From Alphaproteobacteria bacterium (GTDB lineage Bacteria > Pseudomonadota > Alphaproteobacteria > UBA828): 64,000 bases of DNA. Position numbers and translations under genes: made by a program. Positions 37,414 through 46,474 of the stretch are shown here, in pieces. Where the stretch lies: the NCBI GenBank assembly GCA_963667785.2, contig CAXXMU010000001.1, positions 160,001-224,000 on the forward strand, in the 5' to 3' direction. The notes under the pieces were generated by a model, which worked only from the letters and a program-made list of their open reading frames with translations, did not search any database and was not told the origin of the DNA. How positions within the stretch are numbered: the stretch's first letter is position 1; each line of letters begins with the position of its first letter.

Positions 37414-39176
37414 GCCTCGCGGACAATCCTTTCGCCGGCGATGCACCGCCCCCGCAGGCGCCGTGCGCGCCCGGTGCAACGCCCGATCTCGGCGACGCCT
37501 GGGCGCAGGCGTCCGAAGACGAGCGCGACGTCGCCCGCGCCAGGCTCGCGGCGGTCCGCCATGCCGACGACCTCGCGGCCGCCGGGATGCGGCGCATGGC
37601 GGCCGACGCCGCTGCGGCCGGCGCGGCCGGGGTGTCGGCTTCCGCCCTCGGCGCCTGGCGCCGCCGGGCGCGGCGCGCCCCCGAGGCGACCTGCGTCGCC
37701 GCACTGCTGGACGCGCGCCGCACCGGCCGGCCGCACTCGATCGGATCGTGGCCGGCCGCGCGCGAGGCCCTCGCGGCGCTCGGGCTGGAGTTCGCCGGGC
37801 ACCTCACGGCCGAGCAGGCACGGGACGCGCTGCTCGCCGACAGCGGGTGGGCGCCGTCGGTCAGCACCGTGGCCCGCTGGCTGGCGCGATGGCGCGCCGA
37901 GAACAAGCGCGCCATCGGCGCCGTGACCAATCCCGACCGCCACCGCTCGCGCGGGAGGCCGGCCCTCGGCAGGGCCGACGAGGCGGTCACGGCGCTCAAC
38001 CAGCTCTGGGAGGTCGACAGCACCATCGCGGACATCCGCTGCGCCGACGGGAAGCGCTACGCGCTGATCGTGGTGGTCGACGTCTACTCGCGCCGCGCCG
38101 CGGTGCTGGTGACGCCGAGGAGCCGCGCCCAGGCCATCGCCGCCCTGATCCGCCGCTGCCTGCTGGAGTGGGGCGTCCCGGCGGTCGTGAAGACGGACCA
38201 GGGCAAGGACTACGTCTCCCGCTACCTCAGCGGCGCCTTCGAGGACCTGGACGTCACCCACGCGACCTGCCTGCCCTACCGTCCCGAGCTGAAGCCGTTC
38301 GTCGAGCGCTTCATCGGCACCCTCTCCCGCGCGCTCTTCCCGATGCTGCCCGGCTTCACCGGCCACTCGGTCGCCGACGCCCAGGCGCTCCGCGAGCGCG
38401 TGAGCTTCGCCGCCCGGCGCGGGGAGCCGCCGCTCCAGTTTGGCGTCGCGCTCACGCCGGCCGCGCTGCAGCACCGCGTCGACACGTGGTGCGGCGCGAT
38501 GTACGAGCGCCGCGCCCATGCCGGGCTCGACGGCGAGACGCCCTTCCTCCGCGCCGCGTCCTGGCCGGGTGCCGTGCGGCGAATCGAGGACGCCCGCGCT
38601 CTCGACGCCCTGCTGGCCCCGGCACCGCGCGGCGGCGGGCGGAAGATCGCCAGGGGCGGAATCTCGGTCGGCGGCCGCGAGTACATCGCGGCCGAGCTGG
38701 GCGCGCACGTCGGCGCCGACGTCACGGTTCGGCTCGACCCGACCAACCCCGGCCGCATCCACGTCTACCGCCGGACCGGCGTCGAGGGCCGCAGGACGGA
38801 GTTCCTCTGCATCGCCGAGGACCCGGAGGTCACCGGCGCCGATCGCGCGGAGATCGCGGCGCGCGCCCGCGCGCTGGCCGACACCGCCGACAGGGAGGCG
38901 CGGCAATGGGCGGCCGATCTGAAGCGCCGCTACGAGCCCGAGGGCGCGATGGACCGCATGCTCGCCCGCGCCGCCGAGGAGGCGGAGAACGTGGTGGCGC
39001 TGCCCCGCCGGGGCGAGGCGCACGAGACGCCGGCGCTGGCCGAGGCCGCGCGCGCCGCCGGGGCCGCCGCCGCGAAGGGGCCGCGCGAGGGCACCGGCGA
39101 CGGGCCGTCGGCGCGCATGAAGTCCGCGCGCAGGCGCATCGCCGCCGCCAACCGTCACTTCATGGAGGACGACTGA
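37410..39176 (+). CDS. MuA-like DDE transposase
   Basis: WEVDST, VVDVYSRR, KTDQGKDY, KPFVERF; Mu transposase C-terminal domain. Confidence 0.95.
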   Translation: MSLADNPFAGDAPPPQAPCAPGATPDLGDAWAQASEDERDVARARLAAVRHADDLAAAGMRRMAADAAAAGAAGVSASALGAWRRRARRAPEATCVAALLDARRTGRPHSIGSWPAAREALAALGLEFAGHLTAEQARDALLADSGWAPSVSTVARWLARWRAENKRAIGAVTNPDRHRSRGRPALGRADEAVTALNQLWEVDSTIADIRCADGKRYALIVVVDVYSRRAAVLVTPRSRAQAIAALIRRCLLEWGVPAVVKTDQGKDYVSRYLSGAFEDLDVTHATCLPYRPELKPFVERFIGTLSRALFPMLPGFTGHSVADAQALRERVSFAARRGEPPLQFGVALTPAALQHRVDTWCGAMYERRAHAGLDGETPFLRAASWPGAVRRIEDARALDALLAPAPRGGGRKIARGGISVGGREYIAAELGAHVGADVTVRLDPTNPGRIHVYRRTGVEGRRTEFLCIAEDPEVTGADRAEIAARARALADTADREARQWAADLKRRYEPEGAMDRMLARAAEEAENVVALPRRGEAHETPALAEAARAAGAAAAKGPREGTGDGPSARMKSARRRIAAANRHFMEDD

Positions 39177-40153
39177 TGGCCGACATCATCCCGATCGACG
39201 ACATCGCCCAGGCGCGGGTTGCATGCCGCGCCGAGATGGACCGGCGCGGGCTCAGCATCAAGCGCGCCTCGCGCGAGATCGGCGTGAGCAGCTCCAGGCT
39301 GAGCCGGTGGCTCGCCGAGAAGTACACCGGCGACGTTCCCCGCGTGACGGCCCTGGTCGGCGCGTGGCTCACCACCGCGCAGGAGAGCGCGGCACGGTCG
39401 CTGGAGGCCGCCGGGCTGGACGTCTTCGCCGAAACGGGCAGCGCCAGCGAAGTCATGGACGCGCTCGCCTGCGCTCAGGCGAACGGTGACATGGCCCTGG
39501 TCTACGGGCCGTCCGGCCGGGGCAAGACGCGGGCCGCCGAGCACTACTGCGCGACCAACGCCGGCGTCGTGCGAATGGAGGCCACCGAAGCCATGAGCAC
39601 CATGGCGGGGTTTCTCGGCTGCGTCGCCGAGGCGCTCGGCGGTCATCGTGACCACGGCTCGGGGCTGGAGGCGGAGCGCGCCATCATCGACGATCTGCGC
39701 GGGCGGCGCGCGCTCCTGATCATCGACCAGGCCCACACGCTGAAGCCCTTCCTGCTGAACGAGCTCTGCTCGATCCGGAACATCTCCAGGGCCGGCGTGG
39801 CGCTCATCGGCGAGGAGAAGCTCCGCGGGGCGGTGGCGCGTTGCCCGTCGATCCTGGGGCGCATCGCCATGCGGGTCGACCTCCGCGTGCTACCGGCCGC
39901 CGACGTGGCCGCGATCGCCGCCGGGCCGCTCCGACGCCAGCCGAGCGCGGCCGAGACCAGGCGGCTGACGCGGGCGGCCTCCGGCGACAGCGGCCTCCAC
40001 ACCCTCCGGCGCATCCTCGCCGACGCTTGGCGGCTGGCCCGCTACGAGGGCCGGGACGGCATCGACGCCGACTGCCTGCGGACTGCGATCGAGAGCGTGA
40101 TCGAGCAGGAGGGCAGCGACGCTGCCGACGAGACGGCGCGGAAGGTCGCATGA
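39176..40153 (+). CDS. MuB-like AAA ATPase
   Basis: N-terminal HTH, Walker A GPSGRGKT, Walker B LLIIDQA. Confidence 0.93.
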   Translation: MADIIPIDDIAQARVACRAEMDRRGLSIKRASREIGVSSSRLSRWLAEKYTGDVPRVTALVGAWLTTAQESAARSLEAAGLDVFAETGSASEVMDALACAQANGDMALVYGPSGRGKTRAAEHYCATNAGVVRMEATEAMSTMAGFLGCVAEALGGHRDHGSGLEAERAIIDDLRGRRALLIIDQAHTLKPFLLNELCSIRNISRAGVALIGEEKLRGAVARCPSILGRIAMRVDLRVLPAADVAAIAAGPLRRQPSAAETRRLTRAASGDSGLHTLRRILADAWRLARYEGRDGIDADCLRTAIESVIEQEGSDAADETARKVA

Positions 40154-40428
40154 GGCCCACCGACCCCACGCCCACGATCCTTGACGGTGCCACCCCGCTC
40201 GCCAGGCAGCGGATGACGCGCCTCTACGACGCGCTCTGCCACGCGCCAAGCGGCGGCCTCGATACGCGCGCGCTGGCCGACCGCACCGGCATCAAGCGCC
40301 GCGAGGCGCTCAAGCTGCTGGAGCGCATGGAGGGCTGGGGCGTCGTCTGGAGCGTGCTCGGGAATCCGCCGATCGAGCGGTCGCGGACTGGCATCGTGCG
40401 CTGGTGGCGGCGCACGGGAGCCGCCTGA
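40150..40428 (+). CDS. Winged-helix-like hypothetical protein
   Basis: TRALADRTGIKRREALKLLERMEGWGVV; ATGA-coupled. Confidence 0.65.
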   Translation: MRPTDPTPTILDGATPLARQRMTRLYDALCHAPSGGLDTRALADRTGIKRREALKLLERMEGWGVVWSVLGNPPIERSRTGIVRWWRRTGAA

Positions 40429-40649
40429 TGCTCTCCGACGAGCTCCGCGAGGCGCAGCGCGCCGTGGATTTCGAGATCCGCCGCGGCACCTGCTCGCTGC
40501 AGATCTGGACCGCCTACTGCGAGCGCATCGAAGAGATCGCCGAGCGGCTGGCGGCCTACGAGCACGCGGCCGGCCCCGGCCCGGCCTCTCGCGGCGACAT
40601 CCCCGCCGGCGCCAACGTGGTGATGCTGCGCCCGGAGGCGCCGGCATGA
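40428..40649 (+). CDS. Small hypothetical protein
   Basis: Coupled ORF ending in the ANVVMLRP motif common in phage early proteins. Confidence 0.65.
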   Translation: MLSDELREAQRAVDFEIRRGTCSLQIWTAYCERIEEIAERLAAYEHAAGPGPASRGDIPAGANVVMLRPEAPA

Positions 40650-41530
40650 CGCCCCCCCCCCCCGACAGCGCGCCGGACGAAAGCGTGCCGACGTTGACGC
40701 CCGACCTCGTCTACAAGCGCGACGTCCTGCGGCGCCGGCTCGGGGACGAGCTGGGCGATCGCACCTTCCGCGCGTGGCTGGAGCGCAGCCTTGCCGCGGT
40801 GACGCCGGCACCCGAGCCGGAGGAGCCGCTTGTGGCTGAGCCGCAGGCAGAGCCGGCGCCGACGAACGACGCGGGGAACGGTTGCGACGGGAGAGCGCCT
40901 TGCCCGGCTGCCTCTCCCGTCGCCGCCGGTTCGATTCCGGCGCGCCGCACCGAACGCACGGGGCCGGCCATCGCCGCCGCGACACAGCGCGGCGATCTGC
41001 GGGGCCGGCCCTGGTCGGAGGAGGAGAAGCAGGCCGTCCGCGAGCGCTACATCGCCGGCGACGCCGTGCTGGATATCGCCGCAGCACTCGGCCGCACGCG
41101 GAACTCTGTGCTGTACGCGATCAACAAGATGGGCCTCTACGGACACCCCGATCGCCCCTGCCGCCGGGCGCGGCGCGGAGGCACCCGCCGGCGGCCCGCA
41201 CCCGATCCCGAGCGCGAGGCTCTCGCCGAGCAGATCGTGGTGGCCTCGGCGCGGCACGCGGCGGAGCCGGACACCGGGCCGGAAGACGAGGACGAGGAGC
41301 CGGAAAGCGACATCCCCGAGCCGGCGCCCGCGCCGCTGCGGGGCTGCCTCTGGATCGAGGGCGACGAGTGGACGCCCACCTGGTGCGGCGCGCCGAGATC
41401 GCCCGGCAGGCCCTACTGCATCGATCACTGCGTGCGGGCCTACGTCACCAGCTCCGGCCGGCGCTTCCCGCGCGGCCATTTCGAGCGACCGCCGGAGCCG
41501 ATGGCGGCGCCCAGGAGGGCATCGGCGTGA
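40646..41530 (+). CDS. GcrA-like regulator with an N-terminal DnaA domain-I-like segment
   Basis: LRRRLGDELGDRTFRAWL; WSEEE...IAAALGRTRNSV...GL; CLWIEGD...WCG...PYCIDH..AY. Confidence 0.8.
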   Translation: MTPPPPDSAPDESVPTLTPDLVYKRDVLRRRLGDELGDRTFRAWLERSLAAVTPAPEPEEPLVAEPQAEPAPTNDAGNGCDGRAPCPAASPVAAGSIPARRTERTGPAIAAATQRGDLRGRPWSEEEKQAVRERYIAGDAVLDIAAALGRTRNSVLYAINKMGLYGHPDRPCRRARRGGTRRRPAPDPEREALAEQIVVASARHAAEPDTGPEDEDEEPESDIPEPAPAPLRGCLWIEGDEWTPTWCGAPRSPGRPYCIDHCVRAYVTSSGRRFPRGHFERPPEPMAAPRRASA

Positions 41531-41970
41531 GCACGCCGTCGCCCGCCAGAATCCAGCGGGAGGTCGCGCGGGCCTACGGGCTCAGCATGATCGACCTGAT
41601 CTCCCAGCGCCGCTCGCGGGAGGTCGTCTGGGGCCGGCACGTGGCGATGTATCTCTGCCGCCTGCTCACGCCCCTCTCGTATCCCGCCGTCGGGAGGTAC
41701 TTCGGCAACCGCGATCACACGACCGTGATGTACGCCGTCGGGCGCGTCGCCGCCCGGCTCCACGTGGATGCGGAAGAGGCGGCGCGGGTCGAGACGCTCG
41801 CCGCCGAGATCGCCGCGCCGGCGGCGCAGGTGCGGAGCGAGCCTCGCCTCTACGCCGACGACCGGGCGGCGCGCCGGCAGCTCCTGCTGTCGGTGCTGCT
41901 GGACGTGCACCACGGGCGGCTGGCGCGCCAGCAGCAGGCACTCGAGCGCCTGGAGGCGCAGGCCGTATGA
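41527..41970 (+). CDS. Stand-alone DnaA C-terminal (domain IV) protein
   Basis: IQREVARAYGL...RHVAMYLCRLLT.LSYPAVGRYFGNRDHTTVMYAV. Confidence 0.9.
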   Translation: MSTPSPARIQREVARAYGLSMIDLISQRRSREVVWGRHVAMYLCRLLTPLSYPAVGRYFGNRDHTTVMYAVGRVAARLHVDAEEAARVETLAAEIAAPAAQVRSEPRLYADDRAARRQLLLSVLLDVHHGRLARQQQALERLEAQAV

Positions 41971-42067
41971 CGCGCCGCCGGGGAGCGCTCTGGGTGCTGC
42001 GCCAGCAATTCGTCTGGTGGCGCTGCGCGTGGCTCGCGCCGCGCCGGACCGTCGAGAGGAGGAGCCG

Positions 42068-42610
42068 ATGACCGACACCGTCGCGCTGGAGCGGCCGACC
42101 ATGGACGATATCTTTGCGCTCGCGCGCTCCTACGCGCGCGCCCGCGACGCCCTGGAGGCCGCCGGGGAGGAGATCAGGCAGTTACAGCGCCGGGCGGTCC
42201 GCGACCGCCTGCGCGGGCTGCGGAGCCGCGTGGCCGAGGTCGCGGCGGCCGATGACGCGCTGAGGGCGGCGATCAGGTCCAGCCCCGGCCTGTTCGTGCG
42301 GCCGCGCACGGTCGCGGTCGACGGCGTGAAGGTCGGCCTGCGCAAGCAGGTCGGCGCGCTGGCCGTGGGCGACGAGGCCGCCGCGATCGAGCTGCTGCGG
42401 AAGCGGCTGCCGGGGCTGGCGGACACGTTGATCGTCACGAAGGAGAGCCTCGATCGGAAGGGCCTCCGCAAGCTGCCGGCCGCCGACCTGGCGCGGATCG
42501 GCGTCACCATCGGCGACCCCACCGACGAGGTGGTGATCGCGGCGGCCGAGAGCGATATCGACAAGCTCGTCGACGCCCTGCTCGACGACAGCGTGGAGGA
42601 GGAGGCGTGA
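42068..42610 (+). CDS. gam: Gam-like host nuclease inhibitor
   Basis: Coiled-coil N-terminus then LFVRPRT...GVKVGLRKQ.G; Mu early-region position. Confidence 0.75.
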   Translation: MTDTVALERPTMDDIFALARSYARARDALEAAGEEIRQLQRRAVRDRLRGLRSRVAEVAAADDALRAAIRSSPGLFVRPRTVAVDGVKVGLRKQVGALAVGDEAAAIELLRKRLPGLADTLIVTKESLDRKGLRKLPAADLARIGVTIGDPTDEVVIAAAESDIDKLVDALLDDSVEEEA

Positions 42611-43035
42611 AGTCGCGGCTCAGTAGGCTCCAGCATGCCGAGCTGCAGTTCCTCGCGGGTACCCACACCCGCGTCGGCATGCGCCCACGGCGCCAGGGGA
42701 TGGAGCGGCTGAAGAACCTGGGGCTCATCACTGAGCACGGCAGCGTGACGCTCCTCGGCATGATCGCACTGCATCTCGACGGCCGCCTGCCAGATGCGCG
42801 GATACAGCGCCTCCTCATCGCCCTGGCGGACGCCGACGTCGAGCGCTCCAACAGCTACCGACTGACCGGCGCGCGGGTGCGCGCGCCGGCGGCCGTCCTC
42901 GATCGCTTCGTGGACGCCGGGTTCGCGACCCAGAGGTGGCAGCGCGGCGCGATCCTCTGCCGCGCGACGGGTCTGTGCTGCGAACTCGCCGTCCGCCTCC
43001 GCCAACAGACGCTGCCCCCCCCTGTGGGGGCTTGA
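42607..43035 (+). CDS. Hypothetical protein
   Basis: GTGA-coupled ORF in the early operon. Confidence 0.55.
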   Translation: MKSRLSRLQHAELQFLAGTHTRVGMRPRRQGMERLKNLGLITEHGSVTLLGMIALHLDGRLPDARIQRLLIALADADVERSNSYRLTGARVRAPAAVLDRFVDAGFATQRWQRGAILCRATGLCCELAVRLRQQTLPPPVGA

Positions 43036-43050
43036 GCGGGAGGTGAGGCC

Positions 43051-43266
43051 GTGAAGCGCTGTCTGATCTGCGGCTGCACCGAGGAGTGGGCCTGCGTCGA
43101 CGACCACGGCGACGCCTGCGCCTGGTCGCAGTGCGATCCCCGCATCTGCAGCTTCTGCGACGAGGGCGTGCCCTGCCAGCATGGCGGCGCCTGGCCGCCG
43201 GTCCGCGCGGCCTTCGCCGGCGCGGGCGCCCAGGGCGTGGTGCGCCGGCCGGAGGCCGGGCAGTGA
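43051..43266 (+). CDS. Small Cys-rich (zinc-binding) protein
   Basis: CLICGCTEEWAC...C.W...ICSFC; GGAGG RBS. Confidence 0.7.
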   Translation: MKRCLICGCTEEWACVDDHGDACAWSQCDPRICSFCDEGVPCQHGGAWPPVRAAFAGAGAQGVVRRPEAGQ

Positions 43267-43473
43267 CGAACCTCGAGCTCCGCGTCGAGGACATCGTGAG
43301 GGGGGGGCATCCTCCCCACGGACCACGCTCACCGCGAGACGAACGACGGCACCTGCAGCCGCTGCCGCCGCGCGGTCCGCGAGGACGACGTGCCGCTGAT
43401 GCTCTGGACCGACGACGGCGACACGCTGTGGATCTACTGCGGCGACTGCTGCGCATGGGAGGGCGCGCGATGA
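43263..43473 (+). pseudogene. Small CxxC protein frameshifted at a G8 tract
   Basis: Removing one G from 43300-43307 gives ...GGILPTDH...CSRC...VPLMLW...YCGDC...*, ending in an ATGA overlap with the next gene. Confidence 0.65.
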
Positions 43474-43727
43474 AGTTCGACATCTGGGCGAGTCCGGAGG
43501 GTGAGACGCCGGACCCCGACGGCGGATTCGAGGAGCACGTGGACCGCTACACCACGCGGGAGGGCGCGCTCGCCAAGGCCCGCGCGCTGCTCAACGAGGG
43601 CCGCGCAGTCGGGATCGTCCCGGTGGCCGACGACGCGGACCCGCCGGGGGGGGGGGGCGAGGAGCTGAGCGACCCGCTGGATATCCCGCCGCTGCTGCAG
43701 CGTTGCACTGAGGGGGCGAGGCCGTGA
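43470..43727 (+). CDS. Hypothetical protein containing an in-frame G12 tract
   Basis: MKFDIWASP...DPLDIPPLLQR. Confidence 0.65.
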   Translation: MKFDIWASPEGETPDPDGGFEEHVDRYTTREGALAKARALLNEGRAVGIVPVADDADPPGGGGEELSDPLDIPPLLQRCTEGARP

Positions 43728-44160
43728 CCGCACCGCTTCACCTCCTGCGCGCCTTCACGGGGTGGGGCAACGAGCGGCGCCAGCCGATCAGGACCGTCGA
43801 CGGGGCGGAAGCCTGGGTCCGTCACATCGCCGAGCTTGGCTTCGACCGCTTCTACACCTGGTCGAGCCGGACGCCCCGCCGCGCCGACGAATTGAGGGGC
43901 GGCTCCGTCTATTTCGTGGCGAAGCGCCGGGCGCTCTTCCGCATGCCCTTCTCCGAGGTCGAGCCGGACGGTGACGGCTGCGCGATCCGTATGCGGCCCG
44001 AACTGATCCGGGTGCGCCAGGACTACGTCGGCATGGTGCGCGGCCCGGCGCTACCTCCGCGACGCGGACGCCCGGCCCGACCTGCCCGCGATCGCCGGCC
44101 GCCGCCGGCGATGCACCGCCCGAGATGGCGGCCGAGCTGAAGGAGTTGGGCCTTGCCTGA
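43724..44160 (+). pseudogene. DUF1489-like gene with two apparent +1 frameshifts
   Basis: TPRRADEL.GGSVYF in frame; the family C-terminus (G.RYL..DA.PDL; PPEMAAELKELGL) lies in shifted frames after about 44045 and 44100. Confidence 0.65.
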
Positions 44161-44836
44161 CCGCGCCCCCGACGAGCGCAAGCGCCTCATCCGCCAGGTG
44201 CACGCCGAGGCGCGCCGCCTCGGCATCGATACCGACGAGCGCCGGGCGCTGCAGGTCCGCGCCGTCGGCAAGGAGAGCTGCGCCGACATGTCCGCCTCGG
44301 AGCTCCGCAGCGTCGTCGCCGCCATGGGCGAGGGCCGGGATCGCCTGCCGGACCACCCCTCGGCGCGGAAGCTGCAGGCGCTCTGGATCAGCGGCTGGTG
44401 CCTCGGCGTGATCGAGGACCGCCGCGACAGCGCCCTCTGCGCCTGGCTGCGCCGCCAGGCCAAGGTCGACGCGGCGCGGTGGATCACGCCGGGCCGCGCG
44501 GCGAAGGCGGTCGACGCGCTCCAGCAGTGGCTCACGCGGGAGGCCGGCGTGGACTGGTCGCCCTATATCCTCGTCGGCCGCGACGGCGTGAATCGCGAGG
44601 TGCACCAGCCGCAGGCCCGCGTGCTGGAAGCGCAGTGGCGCCTGCTGCACAAGCTGGGCTGGGTGCGGAATCCCGACCTGAGCGCGCTGGCCTCCTACGC
44701 CACCCGGCACGGCCGCCTCGCGCATGCGGGCTCGCATACCGAGCTCCGCGACAAGGAGGCCGTCGCGCTGATGCAGGACCTCGGGACGCAGATCCGAGAG
44801 GCGAAGGGCGGCGATGCCGATCAGTCGCGAAGCTGA
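44153..44836 (+). CDS. GemA/Mu gp16 (DUF1018) regulatory protein
   Basis: VHAEARRLGI...VGKESCADMS..EL; KLQALW...GVIEDR.DSAL.AW. Confidence 0.88.
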   Translation: MPDRAPDERKRLIRQVHAEARRLGIDTDERRALQVRAVGKESCADMSASELRSVVAAMGEGRDRLPDHPSARKLQALWISGWCLGVIEDRRDSALCAWLRRQAKVDAARWITPGRAAKAVDALQQWLTREAGVDWSPYILVGRDGVNREVHQPQARVLEAQWRLLHKLGWVRNPDLSALASYATRHGRLAHAGSHTELRDKEAVALMQDLGTQIREAKGGDADQSRS

Positions 44837-45260
44837 GCGGGCCTATCCCGGCGGCTCTCTCCGCTCGCCGGAGTGGCTCGCGATCCGTCGCGCCATCCTC
44901 GGCCGGGCCGGCCGATTCTGCGAATGCCGGGGGGAATGCGGGATCGACCACCGTGACGAGCGGGCCGACGAGGCGCTCGCCTTCTCGCCGGCGATCGAGT
45001 TGGCGATCGAGCCGCAGCGCTGCTGGGCCATGCACGGCGATGCTCACCCCGTCACCGGCTCCCGCGTGGTGCTGACCATCGCCCACCTCGATCAGGATCC
45101 GGCGAACAATACGCCCGACAACCTCCGCGCCCTCTGCCAGCGGTGTCACAACCGCCTCGACGCGCCCCACAGGCGCGCACACGCGGCCGAGACGCGCAGG
45201 CGGCGCCTGGCGTGCGGAGACCTCTTCGACGGCCCCTACGACGCCCAGGGGGCGCCGTGA
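44814..45260 (+). CDS. HNH-like endonuclease
   Basis: RAGRFCEC, VVLTIAHLDQDPANN, NLRALCQRCHNRLD. Confidence 0.8.
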   Translation: MPISREAERAYPGGSLRSPEWLAIRRAILGRAGRFCECRGECGIDHRDERADEALAFSPAIELAIEPQRCWAMHGDAHPVTGSRVVLTIAHLDQDPANNTPDNLRALCQRCHNRLDAPHRRAHAAETRRRRLACGDLFDGPYDAQGAP

Positions 45261-45278
45261 GCGCGCCGGGGGGGGGCT

Positions 45279-45620
45279 GTGAGCGGTGAGCCGGCGCTGC
45301 CGGGGGTGCTGGCGGATATCGAGCGCCTGGCGGGGCGCGGAGCCGCAATCGACCTGGCCCTTCAGCACGGCGGCCGGGAGGTCTACTTCCCGGCGGAGAA
45401 GGCGATCGCCGGCGGGGACGACCATCCGCTGCTCCACGTGCTCGGCGCGGCCGCTGCGCTCGTGGTCTGCCGGCACGTGGGTGGGAACGCCATCTATGTG
45501 CCGAGAGCGCGCCGCGCCTGCGCGCTCGAGCTCGCGCGCCGGGGCAAGACGCCGGCCGAGATCGCCGGCCTCCTGAAGACGTCCATCTACACCGCGCGGC
45601 GCTATATCCGACGCTCCTGA
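45279..45620 (+). CDS. Mor/C-family late transcription activator
   Basis: LPGVLADI, HGGREVYFP, GGNAIYVP, C-terminal HTH; directly upstream of the palindrome. Confidence 0.85.
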   Translation: MSGEPALPGVLADIERLAGRGAAIDLALQHGGREVYFPAEKAIAGGDDHPLLHVLGAAAALVVCRHVGGNAIYVPRARRACALELARRGKTPAEIAGLLKTSIYTARRYIRRS

Positions 45621-45628
45621 GCGACACC

Positions 45629-45677
45629 TTCACGGGACCATGGTCCCGTGAACATTCCTCGCGCGACTCCATACCAT
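45629..45677 (+). promoter_or_regulatory. Late promoter for the lysis/packaging arm: TTCACGGGACCATGGTCCCGTGAA plus -10 TACCAT
   Basis: Perfect 24-bp palindrome identical to 32077-32100; TACCAT 19 bp downstream. Confidence 0.8.
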
Positions 45678-45720
45678 CCCCCTCATCTGACAACAGCCCC
45701 CCCCCTGAGGAGGATACGAA

Positions 45721-46464
45721 ATGGGCTTTCTCAAGAGGTCGCCTGCCAGGCGACACGTTCTGGCGGCTGCGGCCGCCATCGCCATGGGCGCCGCGCTTCT
45801 CGCCGCCCCGCCGGCCTGGGCCGAGCTCGACGTCGACCACTTCGCACTGGAGTTCGATCGGGCGCTCGCTGAGAGTTCCGCGGCCTTCGATCTGGAGTAC
45901 GCCGATCATCCGATCGTCCTCGCCCACGCCGGACAGCTCTCGCCGAAGGACGACTGCCACAAGCACAAGGCCGCGGGCGAGCGCCACTGGCATCTCGCCG
46001 GGACCGACGATCGCGGCGGCGAGTGCGTCAAGCGCGATGGCGTCACGGTGAAGGTCGGTGCCGAGGCCGAGGTGCTGAAGCAGCGGCTTGCGGCGGCCGA
46101 GGCCGAGGCCATCAACGCCCGGCGCCAGGTCGAGGACCTGACGCGGCAGCGCAATGGCTATGCCGCCGAGGCCGACCGCTGGGAGCGCCGGGCGCTGGAA
46201 GCCGAGGCCCGGATCGACGAGGCGGAACGCGCGGCCATGCGCGCCGCATCGCTGGCGACGACGGCCCAGGCGGAAGCGGAAGCGTCCCGCACCATCGCGG
46301 AGGAGGCCGAGCGCCGCGCTCGGGGCATCGGACCGCGCGTCGACCTGCGGTGCCGCACGGCGGTGGAGAAGATCGTCCACGGCGACACCGGCTGGCTGAG
46401 CTCCTCCGTCTCGGTCGACGAGGAGGAGCGCATCGCGCTGTCCCGCGACTGCCTCGCCCCCTAG
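45721..46464 (+). CDS. Exported protein with YHYH-like His motif and long coiled coil
   Basis: GAGGAGG RBS; RR plus hydrophobic signal ending AWA; AHAGQL..DDCHKH...ERHWH; Ala/Glu/Arg coiled coil. Confidence 0.75.
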   Translation: MGFLKRSPARRHVLAAAAAIAMGAALLAAPPAWAELDVDHFALEFDRALAESSAAFDLEYADHPIVLAHAGQLSPKDDCHKHKAAGERHWHLAGTDDRGGECVKRDGVTVKVGAEAEVLKQRLAAAEAEAINARRQVEDLTRQRNGYAAEADRWERRALEAEARIDEAERAAMRAASLATTAQAEAEASRTIAEEAERRARGIGPRVDLRCRTAVEKIVHGDTGWLSSSVSVDEEERIALSRDCLAP

Positions 46465-46474
46465 GAGCGCTCCC

